64,000 nucleotides of DNA from Phoronis australis (taxonomy: Eukaryota; Animalia; Phoronida): contig NMRA01000239.1 in assembly GCA_002633005.1 (NCBI GenBank), forward strand, positions 1 through 64,000. The letters run 5' to 3'. A program made the translations under genes and the position numbers. The notes below the pieces were generated by a model. That model saw only the letters and a program-made list of their open reading frames with translations. It did no database searches and was not told the origin of the DNA. Below are positions 49,963-63,494 of the stretch, in pieces; the stretch's first letter is position 1, and each line of letters begins with the position of its first letter.

Positions 49963-50789
49963 CTACTTTGACCTCCAATGCGATTTAGGTCTATTGGCTG
50001 TGCATTTGGCCTTCCCAGAAGACTGCCGCAAATTTGGCAAACTAAGTTTCAATGTACATCGATTGTCTTCCGTACCAACTGTCAAATAACGTGCACTACC
50101 GACAAGTCTGCTTTCGTTGGCAAGATTTGGTAAACTGTTACTTGTCTCTCGGGCAATCAACGTAGAGAGCGGTCTTCTGGCGTTAAAAGACAGTTCTGCA
50201 GTGGTTTCGAAATTCATTTGCTCAGCCGTTGAAGAAGGAGTCACGACTATTTCCGGGACTACCGATCCACGAGCTCTGACTAGTGTAAGGGTTCGCAAAT
50301 CTGGCATTGATAAGGACCCTCTTCTGCCACCTCTGTGCTTCAGACCTGCTTGTATGTTCCCGGACCTGTGATCTTCGGTCTGGTCATTTTCATCGTCATC
50401 ATCGTCATTGTGATAGTCATTGTCACCACTATCGTCATCGTTAGAACTGTCATTTTCTCCAACACGTACTCCACTGTGTTGTCTATGTCCTCCAGAGCCC
50501 CGTGTGACGTCACGGTGAGATGTTTCGTGTTTGGGGTTCCGCGTGTTTAGTACCGTCGTTATGGTGCTGTTAACTCCCAACGTTAAGTACTTCTGCTGGA
50601 TACTCGGAGGATTTGCAATCGGCAAATGTGCACGTGACCAAGAAGACTGCATGTTTGTAATCGGAGCCCTAGCCAAGGGAGAGCTTGGAAAGTTTATAGT
50701 TTCACGTGACGGAGTGATGTTGTTTGGCAGGAGATGGCGAATTATTGGCAATACACCTTTGCTTTCGGCTACCATGAGACATGTGAATC
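49963..50789 (-). CDS. Ankyrin protein, coding exon 2
   Basis: 827-nt open frame containing the end of ANK4, an acidic tract and a Ser/Thr/Pro-rich tail. Confidence 0.87.
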
Positions 50790-52463
50790 CTGCAATTAAA
50801 GGGTGTTGTTTTTATTACCGCGCTTCAACAGTAAAGATATACAAAGCACTGATCTTTGGATATGAAATACATGTCATCTCATGGGCGGATCATAGGGGGC
50901 TAGAGGGGGCTATAGCCACTCCCGCCCACTTTTATCAGTGCCACGCTGCACATAGTCTATAGGCGGTGCACCACAGGAGGGCTGAGGGGGCTTTAGCCCC
51001 ACATTTTTTTCAGTGCTGCGCCTCCCATGTATTGTTTGAACTAACTTTTTCTATCCCAGGTAACTGTGTTCAAATTAAGGCCAACAAAACGTTATGTAGT
51101 ATGGCGACCACGTTTGATTTGAATGGCAATTTATCATGATGAAAACGGGCAGTGGCGCAGCAAACAAAATCAACTGAGGGAACCCTTTGACAGTGCCTTA
51201 AGCTCAAACAAATACATTAGTGCATAAAGGCGTGCGCTATGGTGGCGATGGTATACTTCCAACCAAGGCATGCGCATTGTGAGAGAGACCTCGCGTTGAT
51301 GCCCACACACGGATATCCGTCGGTCTCTTTCATCATGTTTCCACCGTGACAGGGTCACTTTTCAGTATAGGTAGCGCTGTGTCAGAGCCTAACCACATCA
51401 GTTTTGTATTTTTGCCCAAATCCAGGTTATGGGCGGCGCCCATAGACCATGGGCGGTGTAGCACTGAAAAAATGGGGCTATACCCCCCAGGCCCAGCCCC
51501 CTATATGGTGCGCCGAGGTATCTTTCAGACAAGAGGAAAAAAATCTGGCTTGTAATGACACATTTTACATAGACGGCGCACCATAGGGGGTCACTTATAA
51601 GTTCAGTGCTGCGCTGTCCATGTTTTGACCTAAATTTCTGGAATAAGAGCATTCGGATTCTTGTCTCCTCTTTTGCACCGGGGCAGTCGTGAATTTGTGA
51701 TTTTGGCGACAACAAGGCCAAACTGGCAATGTTTATGTCATTTTTGGCATCTCATTTTTTCAGGTGGACGGAGCAATCCAAAAATGCGTGGCTTTGTTGC
51801 ATTTCTTCATCTTTGAGAAAACCCATCGAGTGTGCTTTCTGTCAGTTATGTCTTTTAATGCGTCTTGAAACAGGGTTAAAACCGGGGTTTCTATTGTCCC
51901 AGATCATGCATTGACAAAGTCAAAATCAACCACTCAAACTGTGGTTTGAGTCCTGTGTTTACCGGGTATGGAATTTCAGGAAAAATCACTGAAATTCACT
52001 CACCTCTGTAATTTGATTGATCAAGGCGGAGATGAAGTTTGGCGTCTTGGCAGCAGGAAATGAAACACTGTATTACGCGCTCGTTTCCTGTGCGGCAAGC
52101 GTACATCAAAGGAGAATTCCCGTCTACATCCAGCAGGTTGGGATCACAGTCCGGGTATTCAATCAATAGTTTAATTGCCGAACATCTTTCCGCGATGCAG
52201 GCGTGTGACAGAGCTGTTTTGCCACTTGCGTCTTGTACATTTATACGAGGCTTCCTTTTTAACAGATGACTCAAGATGTTCGTAAGTTCAGCTGTACTTG
52301 CTCCGATATGACAAGCGCGCATGATAGGGGTTTGTAGCTCGTGGTTCACGTCTCTTTTGTTGGTGTCAACTGCCCCATTTGTCACTATAGACAAGATGCG
52401 GTCCAGCTGGTGATTGGTGAACGCCTGCTGCAGCTGTTTGTCAGCACCAGCGGTGTCATCCAT
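49963..52463 (-). CDS. Ankyrin-repeat protein, 428 aa: about 4 N-terminal ANK repeats and a long disordered tail (ANKRD34/ANKRD63-like architecture); exons 52463-52004 and 50789-49963
   Basis: ANK motifs QTPIMRAC, DASGKTALSHAC, DVDGNSPLMYAC and NYRG|FTCLMVAESKG. The last spans a phase-1 intron (G|gtgagt...ttgcag|GA). The spliced CDS is 1287 nt and open. Confidence 0.88.
50880..51622. mobile_element. Cluster of four related 55-75 bp micro-MITEs with CATRG termini in the ankyrin gene intron
   Basis: Copies at about 50880-50954, 50958-51029, 51448-51521 (inverted) and 51568-51622 share ggcgcacca...ggggc...ttcagtgctgcgc..ccatg. Confidence 0.65.
51329..51385 (+). repeat. Short dispersed repeat (copy of 1959-2010)
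   Basis: Same sequence as 1959-2010 with a 6-nt insertion. Confidence 0.7.
52004..52463 (-). CDS. Ankyrin protein, coding exon 1
   Basis: MDDTAG...DQSNYRG with three ANK repeats; an upstream acceptor tttgtag lies near 52505. Confidence 0.9.
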
Positions 52464-55400
52464 GATTACCGCTGAGCTATCACTAAATTACTGCAAACTG
52501 TTACCTACAAATTAAAGGAGGCAAGATGCTTAAATGAAATCCACGTTAATATTGATTCTTGCAGTCTTCAAATTCCAATTTCCTTGACAACGTACTGTGA
52601 AAACAAATAGTCTGCAATGACGTGGAACGAGGTTTTGATTAATGGAAACGTCCACCGTGTCCTTTAATATGCGAATGTTTAACTTTTTAGCTATATTGTC
52701 ATACTTCATCTGCCGCAGCTTTTCTAATATAGGAAGAAGCGCCGTGCGGCCGAGGGCTGTTAACACGTCGTGTACGTTCAGACATGAATTACGTAAAAAT
52801 ACGGTTTAGCTGTATTGGAAAGGAGCTATACCACATTTTCTCGAATGAAAACCTATCCAAGGCTTGCCTGAATCAACGTATCGCCTTAAACAAACCCTAT
52901 TCACATTATTCTGGCACACAAATCTTGAAACGAATATGTTGCAGAGAAGACATCATGAAATACAGAGGCGACAAAGAAGGAAAATGAAAGAGAAAGAAAA
53001 ACTCGACAACATATCGTAAGTGGACAGTAACGTCCACCAAAAGGCAATCAAAAACCCGATTTCCGTCACAAAGGTAAATGATTTAGGTCTTGAATCAAAA
53101 TAGGTGTGATTCCAGAGCTTGGAAAGAATTGACAGGCATTACAAGTTGATGTGTCATGTCGTGAAATGGTCTCAAATAACAAACTGATACTACAAGTTGA
53201 CATGTCATGTCATGACATGTTCATCGCCGAGCATAGTCTCGGATAGCAAACTGGCAGTGTCTTTGCAAGACCAAAGATCGTTTCTCTTCTGAGTAAGGCA
53301 CAAGTTGAGATCAACTTTACAGCGACGAGAAGTCTCATTCTCGAACACAGCGCCAGTTTGTTGCCGCTTTAGGTTTTGGTTTTCTCAAAAACTTAAAAGT
53401 CGATGCCTTTTCATTTCACTTCGTACTGGCTTTTTGCCTCAATATGCTGAATTGAAAAATGTCAAGAACTTCTGTGTACTGATTCGTATAAAACTGCAAA
53501 TTAATGTGTAAACAACTGATCTGAAAGTCTGTCTCCAGTTGTTCAATCCCAGATTGGCTGAAGTTTGGAACTGCGTCATTAAGAAGCCTGGACGCGATTG
53601 CAATATTGAAAGTTGTTCTCTGCCACTCAATCAGAATTCAACCTACTCACCAGGTATTTTTAGGGGGTTTTTTTTCGTAAAAAATAATTTCTGTTGATAT
53701 CGAAGCATTTTCATTTAGTTTCGAATTTCATAAAACGATCTGTAAACTGTCCTTTTTGGTGTGGTAAGGCAAAGACGTAGCACATTTCATTTACATGACC
53801 TTTGACCTAAAGTGACTTCAAGCAACTGACTGTGAGCGCATGCACGTATTTATCATAAGTGGGAGGGAGATTAAAAACTCTGTAGAAACCACAAAGTTTT
53901 TCTTCGTGCGTATTTCAAAAATCGTGAGTTTTTGTGATTTTTCTGGAAATCTTCTAAAAGGGGAAAGTGAATTACTCCGTACTAGACATTGCGAGATGGC
54001 ACTTTCGTCAGGAATTCTTTAAAAGATATTTTTGATGAGCTTTCGTTTTCCATGTCTCTTTAATAAACGCATCTTCTACGGCAACCCCGCGCTGTTTGAA
54101 ACAAGCTCCTCTGCTTCCAAAACACCGTGTGTTTGACAAAAAAAAATGACAAACGAGAAAAAAGCTTAGTTCTAAAATGTGCAAAATATTCTTAAGTGGG
54201 CTTAGAAACTGACAGAAACATGAATTAGTGAGACATCTAAAAATAGACCAGGAAATTACAAAAAATTGTGTACGAATTCGTCCCGAGTCAACTATGCGAA
54301 TACGTTAAGTGCAGTTTCAAAATGGCCTTCTGAGGAGGTCATCCAGTAATTTTGAGATTGAGTGTCATAAAGATTCAATAGAGTAATACTAAAATCTAAC
54401 ACCACCTGATACTTAACTTGTGTGTAGTATAGATACAAACTGATCACAGCCACATGCGAAATATGTGAACAAACAGAAATAGTGAAAGATGACAATCGGA
54501 ATAAAAAATATAATCAGTGAAATCTCCTAGTGTGATTGGTAAACAATTCCTGTCACTGTAATTTATGTAAAGCTGCTACTGAAAAAAGCAAAAAATAATC
54601 TAGTCAGGTCTTCTGCTCTCATAAAATCGGTCTCGAAATTTTCCTTACCGCGACAGTAGTCCGTTACCAGGGCATAAGCAATGTGTGCATGCGCTATTTT
54701 CGAATTTGCAATCTTGGGGTTGGCTCACCCTAATTAACTCCGAAGTATTTTCTTGGGTCCCTGATAGTTTCGATGTTCTTGACCTAGTTCATTTGGTAAC
54801 AGGAATAGATTCCTATCACGTTAAGGAATATTACGAGACTAATTTTATGAGAGTAAAAGGCCCAATTCGATTTTCGTTTTTAGCCAGCTAAATAGGGCGA
54901 AAGGCAGTTTTAAATTCAGTGACGGCGTGTTCTCTGAAAATAGAATGCTTCTGTCGCTATTATCTGCAGATAAGTAAAATGTTAAATTTTTCTTATGGTG
55001 AGTTCCTACTGCCGTGGCAAATTCAAACGAGCGGTACAGGTCTCCACACCTTGTAAAAACATATATTGAATAAACATTTCATAAAAGTCGGACGACGCTT
55101 TCAAGTTGGCCTCTATTCGGTAACATACGGTACGTATGGTGTTAGTGCCTTCTTTTTGCGGTCTCTACTGATGACGTGTAATGATTCTAAACAGTCCTAA
55201 TAAAGACGACTAATCTCTCTCATTAGTGCGCCATCACGTGAATTTGGCTTGTAGCAATAGTCACCACCGCAGTGATCTATATTACTGACACTCATATAGT
55301 CTCACGATCTTATGTACACAATATTTTTGTTGTTTTTGCGACATGGCATTTGATTAAATGCAATTTTGACAATGTACATGTATATCATGAAGCTGAGTTC

Positions 55401-56207
55401 CCATCTTAGATCCGTTGGGATTTTTAAATTTGACATGTTTGTGTTTTATTCGGCATATTTGGTTTTATCTGTGATTAAAGTGATCTAACAGTAAAATCGT
55501 TTTATTTTTTACGCAGTGTTGTATTCACGCGTTTTCCCGAGGCACTCTGTATTGTCTTTGTTATCCACCTGCAAGAACTCTAGCCTAAGGTAAAGTTCTA
55601 TGGCCTGCAGTTAATCGATGCAGGTAGGTGCTGTATCCTGTATCCCGAAACATTTGCGATAAACAAGACACGTATTAACGTTTCATTGTCATACTGTTGT
55701 GCTTTCGGCAGTTGGTAACGCATGCACAATTTCCGATTTGGTTCAGTTTTCGTTCACTTGAAACAGTTATAGACACCAATGAAAATGGAAGCAAAGATCG
55801 CGGGCCGATGACGGACCCGTAAGACGGTCCATGGGCAAGTCTCCTTGATGGCCAAATCGCAACAGGACTAAAGCGCGAAATCGCAAGTTCATGTGCGTGT
55901 TATTCTTTCAAATTAGTCAATCGTTCATTAAAGATCCGTCGACATTTCCCTTCATCAATTTTTCAACTCCTGACGCTTACCATCCACTTTCAAGTGACTA
56001 TGCGACATGATTCCGCGGAAAATTTGTAGTTACATCAATTGACAAAGGTCACATTTTCCATATAAGGGAATGTACTACATACGTGCTTTGCCTTAATTGT
56101 GGGAGCAACGAAGTGACGAAAGTTCTGCAGCCGGGGCAATGTTCACTTCCTCCGACCCCCTCCTAGCACTTCTCATCCGCACCGAGGTACCAATATGACT
56201 ATAGTTC

Positions 56208-56272
56208 GCACGCACACGCACGTATGCACATACACGCACCCACGCACGCACACACACACACACATACACACA
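56208..56272. repeat. Degenerate (CA/CACG)n microsatellite
   Basis: gcacgcacacgcacgtatgcacatacacgcacccacgcacgcacacacacacacac. Confidence 0.8.
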
Positions 56273-59268
56273 TGACGCAGATTGCACCCCCTGTCACAGT
56301 CGCTGCCATCCGGCACTATAAACCAGCCATGAGTTTCTGAACTAATTACGTAAACGTTGCAACTATTAAGTCCCCCATAGCATTTGTACCACAAATCTGA
56401 AGTCATTTACCTCTGTACCTGGTTGATCAAACTAGTACATGTAGGACTTAGTCCGTCGTCGTCACAACCCCGAAACTAGCTTGTTGTGCTTATGTATGCT
56501 TACAATACATCACATCCGTGTTACATAAACTAATTTGATTCTATTCAAATTACAGCTTACTCGTGTACCTCAAAGTAGGCTATTTACTGGAGCATCATTG
56601 TTCTTATTCAGTCGAAACGTACCCGATTCAGTGCCCTTAGGGGATAGGGCCAGTACTCATGTGACCACCACGACATCATCAACAAAGACGTAAACTCTCT
56701 ACGGTCTCTGGCGTCAACAAATGACATACCTTTAGCAGAAAGCTAAATAAACACTACATTCGTATCAGGTTCGTGTTTACAGACGAAAAAAATTAATAAC
56801 TATCGTGTTTGGACTTTTGTCCAAACCTTTAAATGTGTGATGTGACGAGAATCTAATCTGTTATTTGCCCAAGGCATGTTACGGCGCAGGTTACATGATT
56901 GTGCGCATAGTAACGGCGCAGTAAAAGCTTCAGGTTATGATTAAATTTGACTGATGTGTTCCATACTGTTATGAATGATTTATACGATGAAATAGCGCAT
57001 GAATAGCACAGTAGATATTTGAGGAGTCTTGAAAAGGCAATTGTAGCCAGTCTAGCTGATGAAATGACGTAAGTAACCTGCCTTAAAAAATTATTTTTTT
57101 TAAGAAAATAATTGATAACTTCGGTTGTTTGATTTTTAAAGAACGTTTATTTAAACACTAAGCAGTTGGGAATTAAATTTATTTTTCAGTGGTTTCAGTC
57201 ACTTTTAACTTACTAATTTCCACTGGAATGAGGAAGAAAATTTTTCAACTAGGAACTTTCTCACAGCTATGAATATCAAAAATTATGGTTTGATTTGCAG
57301 GGACCTAGATGAACTAAGTACGTTTCATATTGCGCTGATGTGATTTCGTATCACTGAGAAAAGGTCGAAGAGTTGTATAGACCTACGCGGGGGGTATTCC
57401 CATAAAACGGGACATCATGGAGTAACATTTTCACCACTGGTTTCAATACAAAATGCTCCGACAAAATGCCTCATAAAATGGTGAATTTTCCGATTCAATT
57501 TCCCAAAAAAAGGGTTCTCTGATTTTGAGAGTTCAAAACTACAAATTAATGGGTCCTACAAAAGTCTGCACTAGAAGGATTTCTAATATTATTTATATGG
57601 TTTCAAAAATGTACTCATTTCTAACAACATGGCATCCTCGATTTGGGTTTAATGGCGTACAAAGACAGCTGTCCAAGAATCCGGACGATCGTGTTACCCG
57701 GCCACTAAGCCACTAATGCGTAACTAACGGACGAACACGAACATACGGGACAACACGAAAGACGAGACCACATAAACCTACGTCGACGTTCACAAGAGAA
57801 CGATTTGTAAGTTTATGGAGCTGTTAGACCCTAAACTAAGGCGGTGTTTTAGAAAGGCTGACGTTTTCATGGAACTTCCTTCAAATGTGTCCATTTTTCG
57901 AGAGCACTATCTAAATGAGTGGTAATGGTTTTCTAGTTGCACCCCCCTTCCCCGCGTACAGATTTGCCGCGGGAGTACTCCCGAGTCATGTCATAACTAT
58001 AGGTGTCTGTCTGAATTGCCGGTCGACCAAGCAACGGTCGTACATTACCATCGAACAAGTTTACTGTCGTGTTGAAGGTGAATAACATACCTTTACTGCA
58101 TGTAGATAACATGCAATTGGCTGTACCTTGTTATGATATTCTGTGATTCATGACACTTGCGTGTAGTTCACGGTGCGCTTACCGGACACCTCATCCGACT
58201 AGGTCACACTATTCTTACTATTGATCGCAAACAAGCTTATATATGTATAGGCCTGAAGGATGGGCTCGCAAAAAAAAAACGCTTGCGCTTGCACGTTTGG
58301 AAAATATACAACCTTGAATTCTTAATGACATGCAAACCGCTTCAATTTGATCTTTTCATGACCGACAAGATAACGGATAGATGTGTGCGAAATCTACATT
58401 GAACCCACTGCGGCATGCTCCACTGGACGAGGTACGGGGGGGGTTCGTCTTTCTCGGAGCTCAGTGATGGCTCGGAGGTACTACGTGACGCCAACTGAAG
58501 TATTCGGGAAATCAGCCAACCAGGGATAATGTCATTTGATCCCGGATTAGTTTTATCAATGACGTGCTGTACCAGAAACCTACCTAATCTAACCAAATTA
58601 AGAATGAATTAAACAAAGCCTTGCCAATGAACTGAGCGCGGGTAGACTGTCCACTGGTCCTTCTAAGTGATGATGGATTTTGTCTACTGACACATCTTGT
58701 CTGGATCGGATACACTTGAGGGCAAAATGTAGTTTCTACCATCGCGCGAAACGTTTGCAGGGAGTGAACTGCGTCTTTGCGCCATTAGCGCATTTAAAAA
58801 GACGCAAGTACATTCCAGCGCATCTTTTAAAACATATTACTCTTCCAAAAATGCAAGATTCTATTCAACTTATAGCCAGTCGTGTAAAATATGACTCTGT
58901 TCTTATTTCGATTGCCCTTGGAATTTCTGTTTCATATGTTACCATTCTAATTGCACTGCTGGGCACAATTTTTTCAGTGAAAAAGGGCAAACTCTTTATC
59001 ATCAGGTGCACCCAAAGGGAACAGGCTCAAACCTGGTCAGGAATATCCCTGAGTTTGCATTAAATTTTTTGAAGGAGATGTCTGCGTAATGGGTGCCTGA
59101 TCATTATCATTTACAACAAGTTTACTAGTCAACGTAAAACTAAAAACGAAGCCATGTTACAATGAAAGTCAAAACTGGTCATCTCAGGCAAGATTTCCCA
59201 GCAACAGTGTTTGGAATTTGCATTTTTTGAAATGTGACAAAGTCAACCTAACCAGTTGGGCGGGGAAC

Positions 59269-59428
59269 CAGTGGCGGATTTAAGGGGGGCCAAGGGGGTC
59301 ATGCCCCCCCAAAAATTCAGATTCCATTTCGCAGTTCCGGGTGCGAATGTCTGACGAGCAAAACTTCCTGGCTAATATTCTGCCCTGGCCACCTCCCTCC
59401 CCAAATCAAAATCCTGGATCCGCCCCTG
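59269..59428 (+). mobile_element. MITE family A, copy 3 (TSD GGAAC)
   Basis: cagtggcggattta...cctggatccgcccctg, flanked by ggaac at 59264-59268 and 59429-59433. Confidence 0.9.
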
Positions 59429-60935
59429 GGAACGTTTGCTACCAGAATCGAAACTGTTCTTGGACAATGACCAAATCGGGATGTACCGACCGCGTGTTAA
59501 CTAGTAGTGTTTCCTTATATTAATGAGTATCCGCACGACACTTCGCCTCTTTGACATGAATTAATTCCCATGATCTGTTGTGTCCCGGCTATGAGTTCTC
59601 AGTGTAGCCCTATTAGCAGGACTTAAAATGTCCTGTTATCAGACATATAGTGAGACTGATGAAATTTATAAAAGTAAGAGTGTGTGTGCCGGTACTGCCC
59701 TTAATCGAGAGCCGGCAAAATTATTTCTGCGAACTTTGGTGGAACTCGGGATGAGTCCCAGGAAATTAGTTTCCCAATCCAAATTTTTCCCAGTACAATT
59801 TTGTCCGTCTTTGAAAAAGTTGTAGGGATTATTTCAGGCAAGTTTCACACGTGTTTCCCTGGTGTTGCCTGGAAACATAAACATCAAATAGCCATATTAG
59901 TGTGACAAAACATTACCTGGTGCAACTATTTTTAGCAGTGAGACAAAGCCAGATGGGTGATCCGGCCTTTGACGGACGCCAAATAATTCCTACGCGGATC
60001 GATGTTTTCGTTCGAAAGTGGTAAATCAAAACCTGAATACGGTTCAATAACGTGTATTGATTTAAATTGAAAAATCACCTATGAAATATTGACCATCATC
60101 TCAAGTTTCATAATTTAACTACATTGACGCATCGGTCGCGTACGTCAGTGCCACTTGCTGTAAAACGACCAGTTTGCATTTTCACAATGCACCCATATGG
60201 GTTAAAAGAACAAGAAAAAACCGAGACCAGGCGCGCCGAGTTAAATGCACCGACAGAGCTCAAGTCACTGAGAACTATGAAGGTATTCTCACATTCAAAA
60301 GTTTTGTTAGCTTTAATACGATCACGCTGGATGGACCGCTAATTTCAAGTTTCGCCGCTTCCTAAAAAATGAGGATTTGACATGTTCGAGCTTCAGCAAG
60401 TAAATGTGATGGCCCGACGGGCCACAGAGTTACTTGAATATACGAGACTACGTCTACATATAGGGCCTATATGTGAAAGTTTACTGGTTCGGGAGCCGCA
60501 AATCCGATCTGGCCTTGGGCACCGATCACTGCGTGTCTCGGACCATCTGAAATGAATCGATTTACTGACTAGATTGGGTATTAAACGATCATATATAAGT
60601 CAATGCACACTATGCAAACATAATGTTCGCAGCGAAAATCGACTCCATCGGTATCATGATAGCTGCTTGTTTTAGTTCGGAAGAGACTTTGGCCGGTTTC
60701 TGCCTTTTCCTTTAACTCCAGTCGAAAATTAAAAATCTGACTACGAATGGGTCGCGAAAATGATTGGCCCTGCCTGTCTCAGTAGTGTGCGTTTCTCGAC
60801 TAATCAGTGTCTTCGAGTAGACTGTTCAGTGTCTCTTGATTTCGAAACTTTGAACTTTAGGCTGATTTTTGTGAACCAGGCTAAACCTCTGTTGACTGTT
60901 TTTTTATCCAAAAGTAAAAAGGTCTCAGTGAAAAC

Positions 60936-61182
60936 CATTCGCCTACCCAACCTTTAATATGGGGGGCTTGAATTCCGACGATGTGGACCTTTTACCGATA
61001 AAAAAGCCGAAGGACTAAAAAAACAGGGTAGGCTACCACGTCCAGGGCTGTCGGAATTGTGGGTTTGCGCCTTTTTGTCTCGTTTTCTTGGACTTTTTGT
61101 TTCTCTGGGGCGGACCTTTTTGTCCAATTTGCCAAATGGGGGGCTTCTTGGAGCCCCCCGAGCCCCCCTGGGTGCACGCATG
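60936..61182 (-). mobile_element. MITE family B (TIRs CATGCGTGCACCCA and CATTCGCCTACCCA; TSD AAAAC)
   Basis: Imperfect 14-bp TIRs, a subterminal G/C-run hairpin, and aaaac at 60931-60935 and 61183-61187. Confidence 0.75.
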
Positions 61183-62118
61183 AAAACAATCCGGACACTT
61201 CGAGAAACCTGCGCGGCTCGAGTCTCCAGACATCACGGGGTATTCAGCTTATTCAGCTGGAGTTACAATGGTTGGTGTGTCGATTTAGTCACAGGTAGCG
61301 CTGTATTCAATATGGAGACGGTAAACAACTGTTTTATTTACAAACTCCAGTAATCTGTTTATTCACGAACTTCTGTAGTGTTAAGTCCATTATTTGTGTT
61401 ATCCCATGTCTTCATAATCGTGCTATACATTGTTTTGAGATATAATAGTCACAAGAACGTTTGACTGAAGCCAAGTATAATGATATGAATCATGATCACT
61501 GTCGCCGAGAGGCAACAAGGTCAAGGACAAATGCCGGATTGAGTATGCATTCTTGCTATGCGGGTTGAGTTTTTCACTTTGTGATGCGTCATCGACTCCT
61601 GTAGGCCTACTTTTCAAATGATATTAAGTTAGTACTGTGGTTCAATTCATGGACAAGGTTTTAATTTATTGAATACCATTTCCTTCGCCTGACATTCGCT
61701 GCCCACCTGACATCGGCATAATGACAACAAGTCTAGTCTAGTGCATGACATGGCTAAGATAAGAGGTTGGGTATATATGAGAGGTAGACACAAGAGATCA
61801 ATCCATCAGAGAAACATGTGTTGTTATTAAGTTGTGTTGCTTACTCTTGTCACAGTTTGTTGTCATCATATTAGTCAAGTGCAGGAGACTTGATCAACTG
61901 ACCAGAGTGCTGTTCTGCGCGTGAAAAGAAATATATTATGTTTTAATTTGAGATTATTATACTATTCCTTCTTAGCCAGCCAGCTAGCTGTATGAAGACT
62001 GTTGTCAAAATACATATATTTGATATACACCTTTGTACCAAGGCTAACTAGTCCTGTGAAAAGTGTAAATTAATATATGATTGTATTTTTCCAGGAATAA
62101 CAAGAGACATTGTTTGAA

Positions 62119-62381
62119 ATGAAGAAAAGGGGTGTCAATCTTAAGTCGACTGCGGCCTTGTTTCAAGCTGTACGTGACAATGACGTGAGACGTGTTCGAG
62201 CTCTGATCAAACAGGGTGAAGTCAATGTGAACTTAGTGGACAACGAACATCCCCACAAACCCACAGCTTTGATTGTTGCTGCGGAATCTAATCACACTGA
62301 CATGGTGAAGGTGATACTGAAATCAAAGAAGCCAAAATGTGACCCAAACTTAGAAGATACCAAAGGGAAAAGAGCTGCCTG
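62119..62381 (+). CDS. Ankyrin-repeat protein 2, coding exon 1 (gene continues beyond the window)
   Basis: MKKRGVNLKSTAALFQAVRDNDVRRVRALI...PTALIVAAESNHTDMVKVIL...DTKGKRAAW, ending TG|gtaagg. An acceptor ends at 62094 and there is an in-frame TAA upstream of the ATG. Confidence 0.88.
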
Positions 62382-63494
62382 GTAAGGTTATCATGTGATG
62401 TAATTACCATGATGGTTCTCATGGCTGATGACACCCAGTTGACTAAATCGCATGTGTTAATTTGAAATGGGATTGTTAAGGCATTGGATAGTTCAATGTG
62501 AAAGGTAATTGAGTGCAATTGGAAAATGGATCTTCCCCTGTAAGCTATCAATGAAGTTCATTTAGTCCATGCAAATAGTGTTGCCCAAATTCACCTTATT
62601 GAAAATACAAAAAGGTTTTCAAAACAAGAAACAAAGCAATAATACTGTTTAAATAAAAGATGGCGCTGCATGCAGCTTTGAAGGGATGTTTGGGTAACTA
62701 AAGGGAACAAAAACTACTTTAGATATTAAAAATTATATTCCATTTTTCTAAAAAATTAATTTGATACGATGATGCGGAATTTATTTAGTTGTCCATATTC
62801 AAAAAGGAAATGTCACATGATGTCAGCTGAAATGGGTCAGTATCCTTTTTAGAGAGCTGCATGTTTTAAAATGAGTCAGGCGCAGGCCAGAACCAATGCT
62901 ATTTTTTTCTGACCTGTTTGTCAGTTGAATGTAAATTTGAAAGTTTATTCAAAACACATTATTATTTGGACATTCCTGCATAGATTCTTAATTTCCTCAG
63001 TATCATTGTCAATTCTGGGATTGGCCTCTCTTTGAGATAGGGTGGCAATTTTGAAATCTGATAAAAATAATTTTTAAACACATCCATTGAATTTCTTGGC
63101 GTGTTTGTTTTTCAGTGGTATTGTTTGAAAGCTTCTATAAACTAGCTTTTTATAAAAAACTAACTTGATCCAGACCCTTTACCTTTATGACGTTCATCTC
63201 AACTTGTTCAAAAAAGCTCTCAGTTCGTTATTACTGAAGACCATGCTAAAAAAGTTGGCTTATCACTATGGGCCATGGGCCGAGTATAGTTTTAAGCAAT
63301 GGCAAACTACCAGTTCTTCCCACAAGCCCAGAAGCCTTCTTCCATCTGAGCAAGGAATATGTTGAGACCGGTTTTATAGGGCTTAGTGCTCTAAATCCAA
63401 AGTTGGATTTCTTGGCAGAACTCGGGATTATGGGAGTTTTAATTTGGAACATTGATATTAGAAGCATTTTAAAGTTTTGAGTTTAATCTTTCAG

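Noticed and set aside
50117-50962. Plus-strand hydrophobic ORFs
   Set aside because: They are antisense shadows of the ankyrin exon; the Asp-rich tract reads as Ile/Val on the other strand.
60954-61353. Cluster of overlapping ORFs on both strands
   Set aside because: They arise from the GC-rich MITE at 60936-61182.
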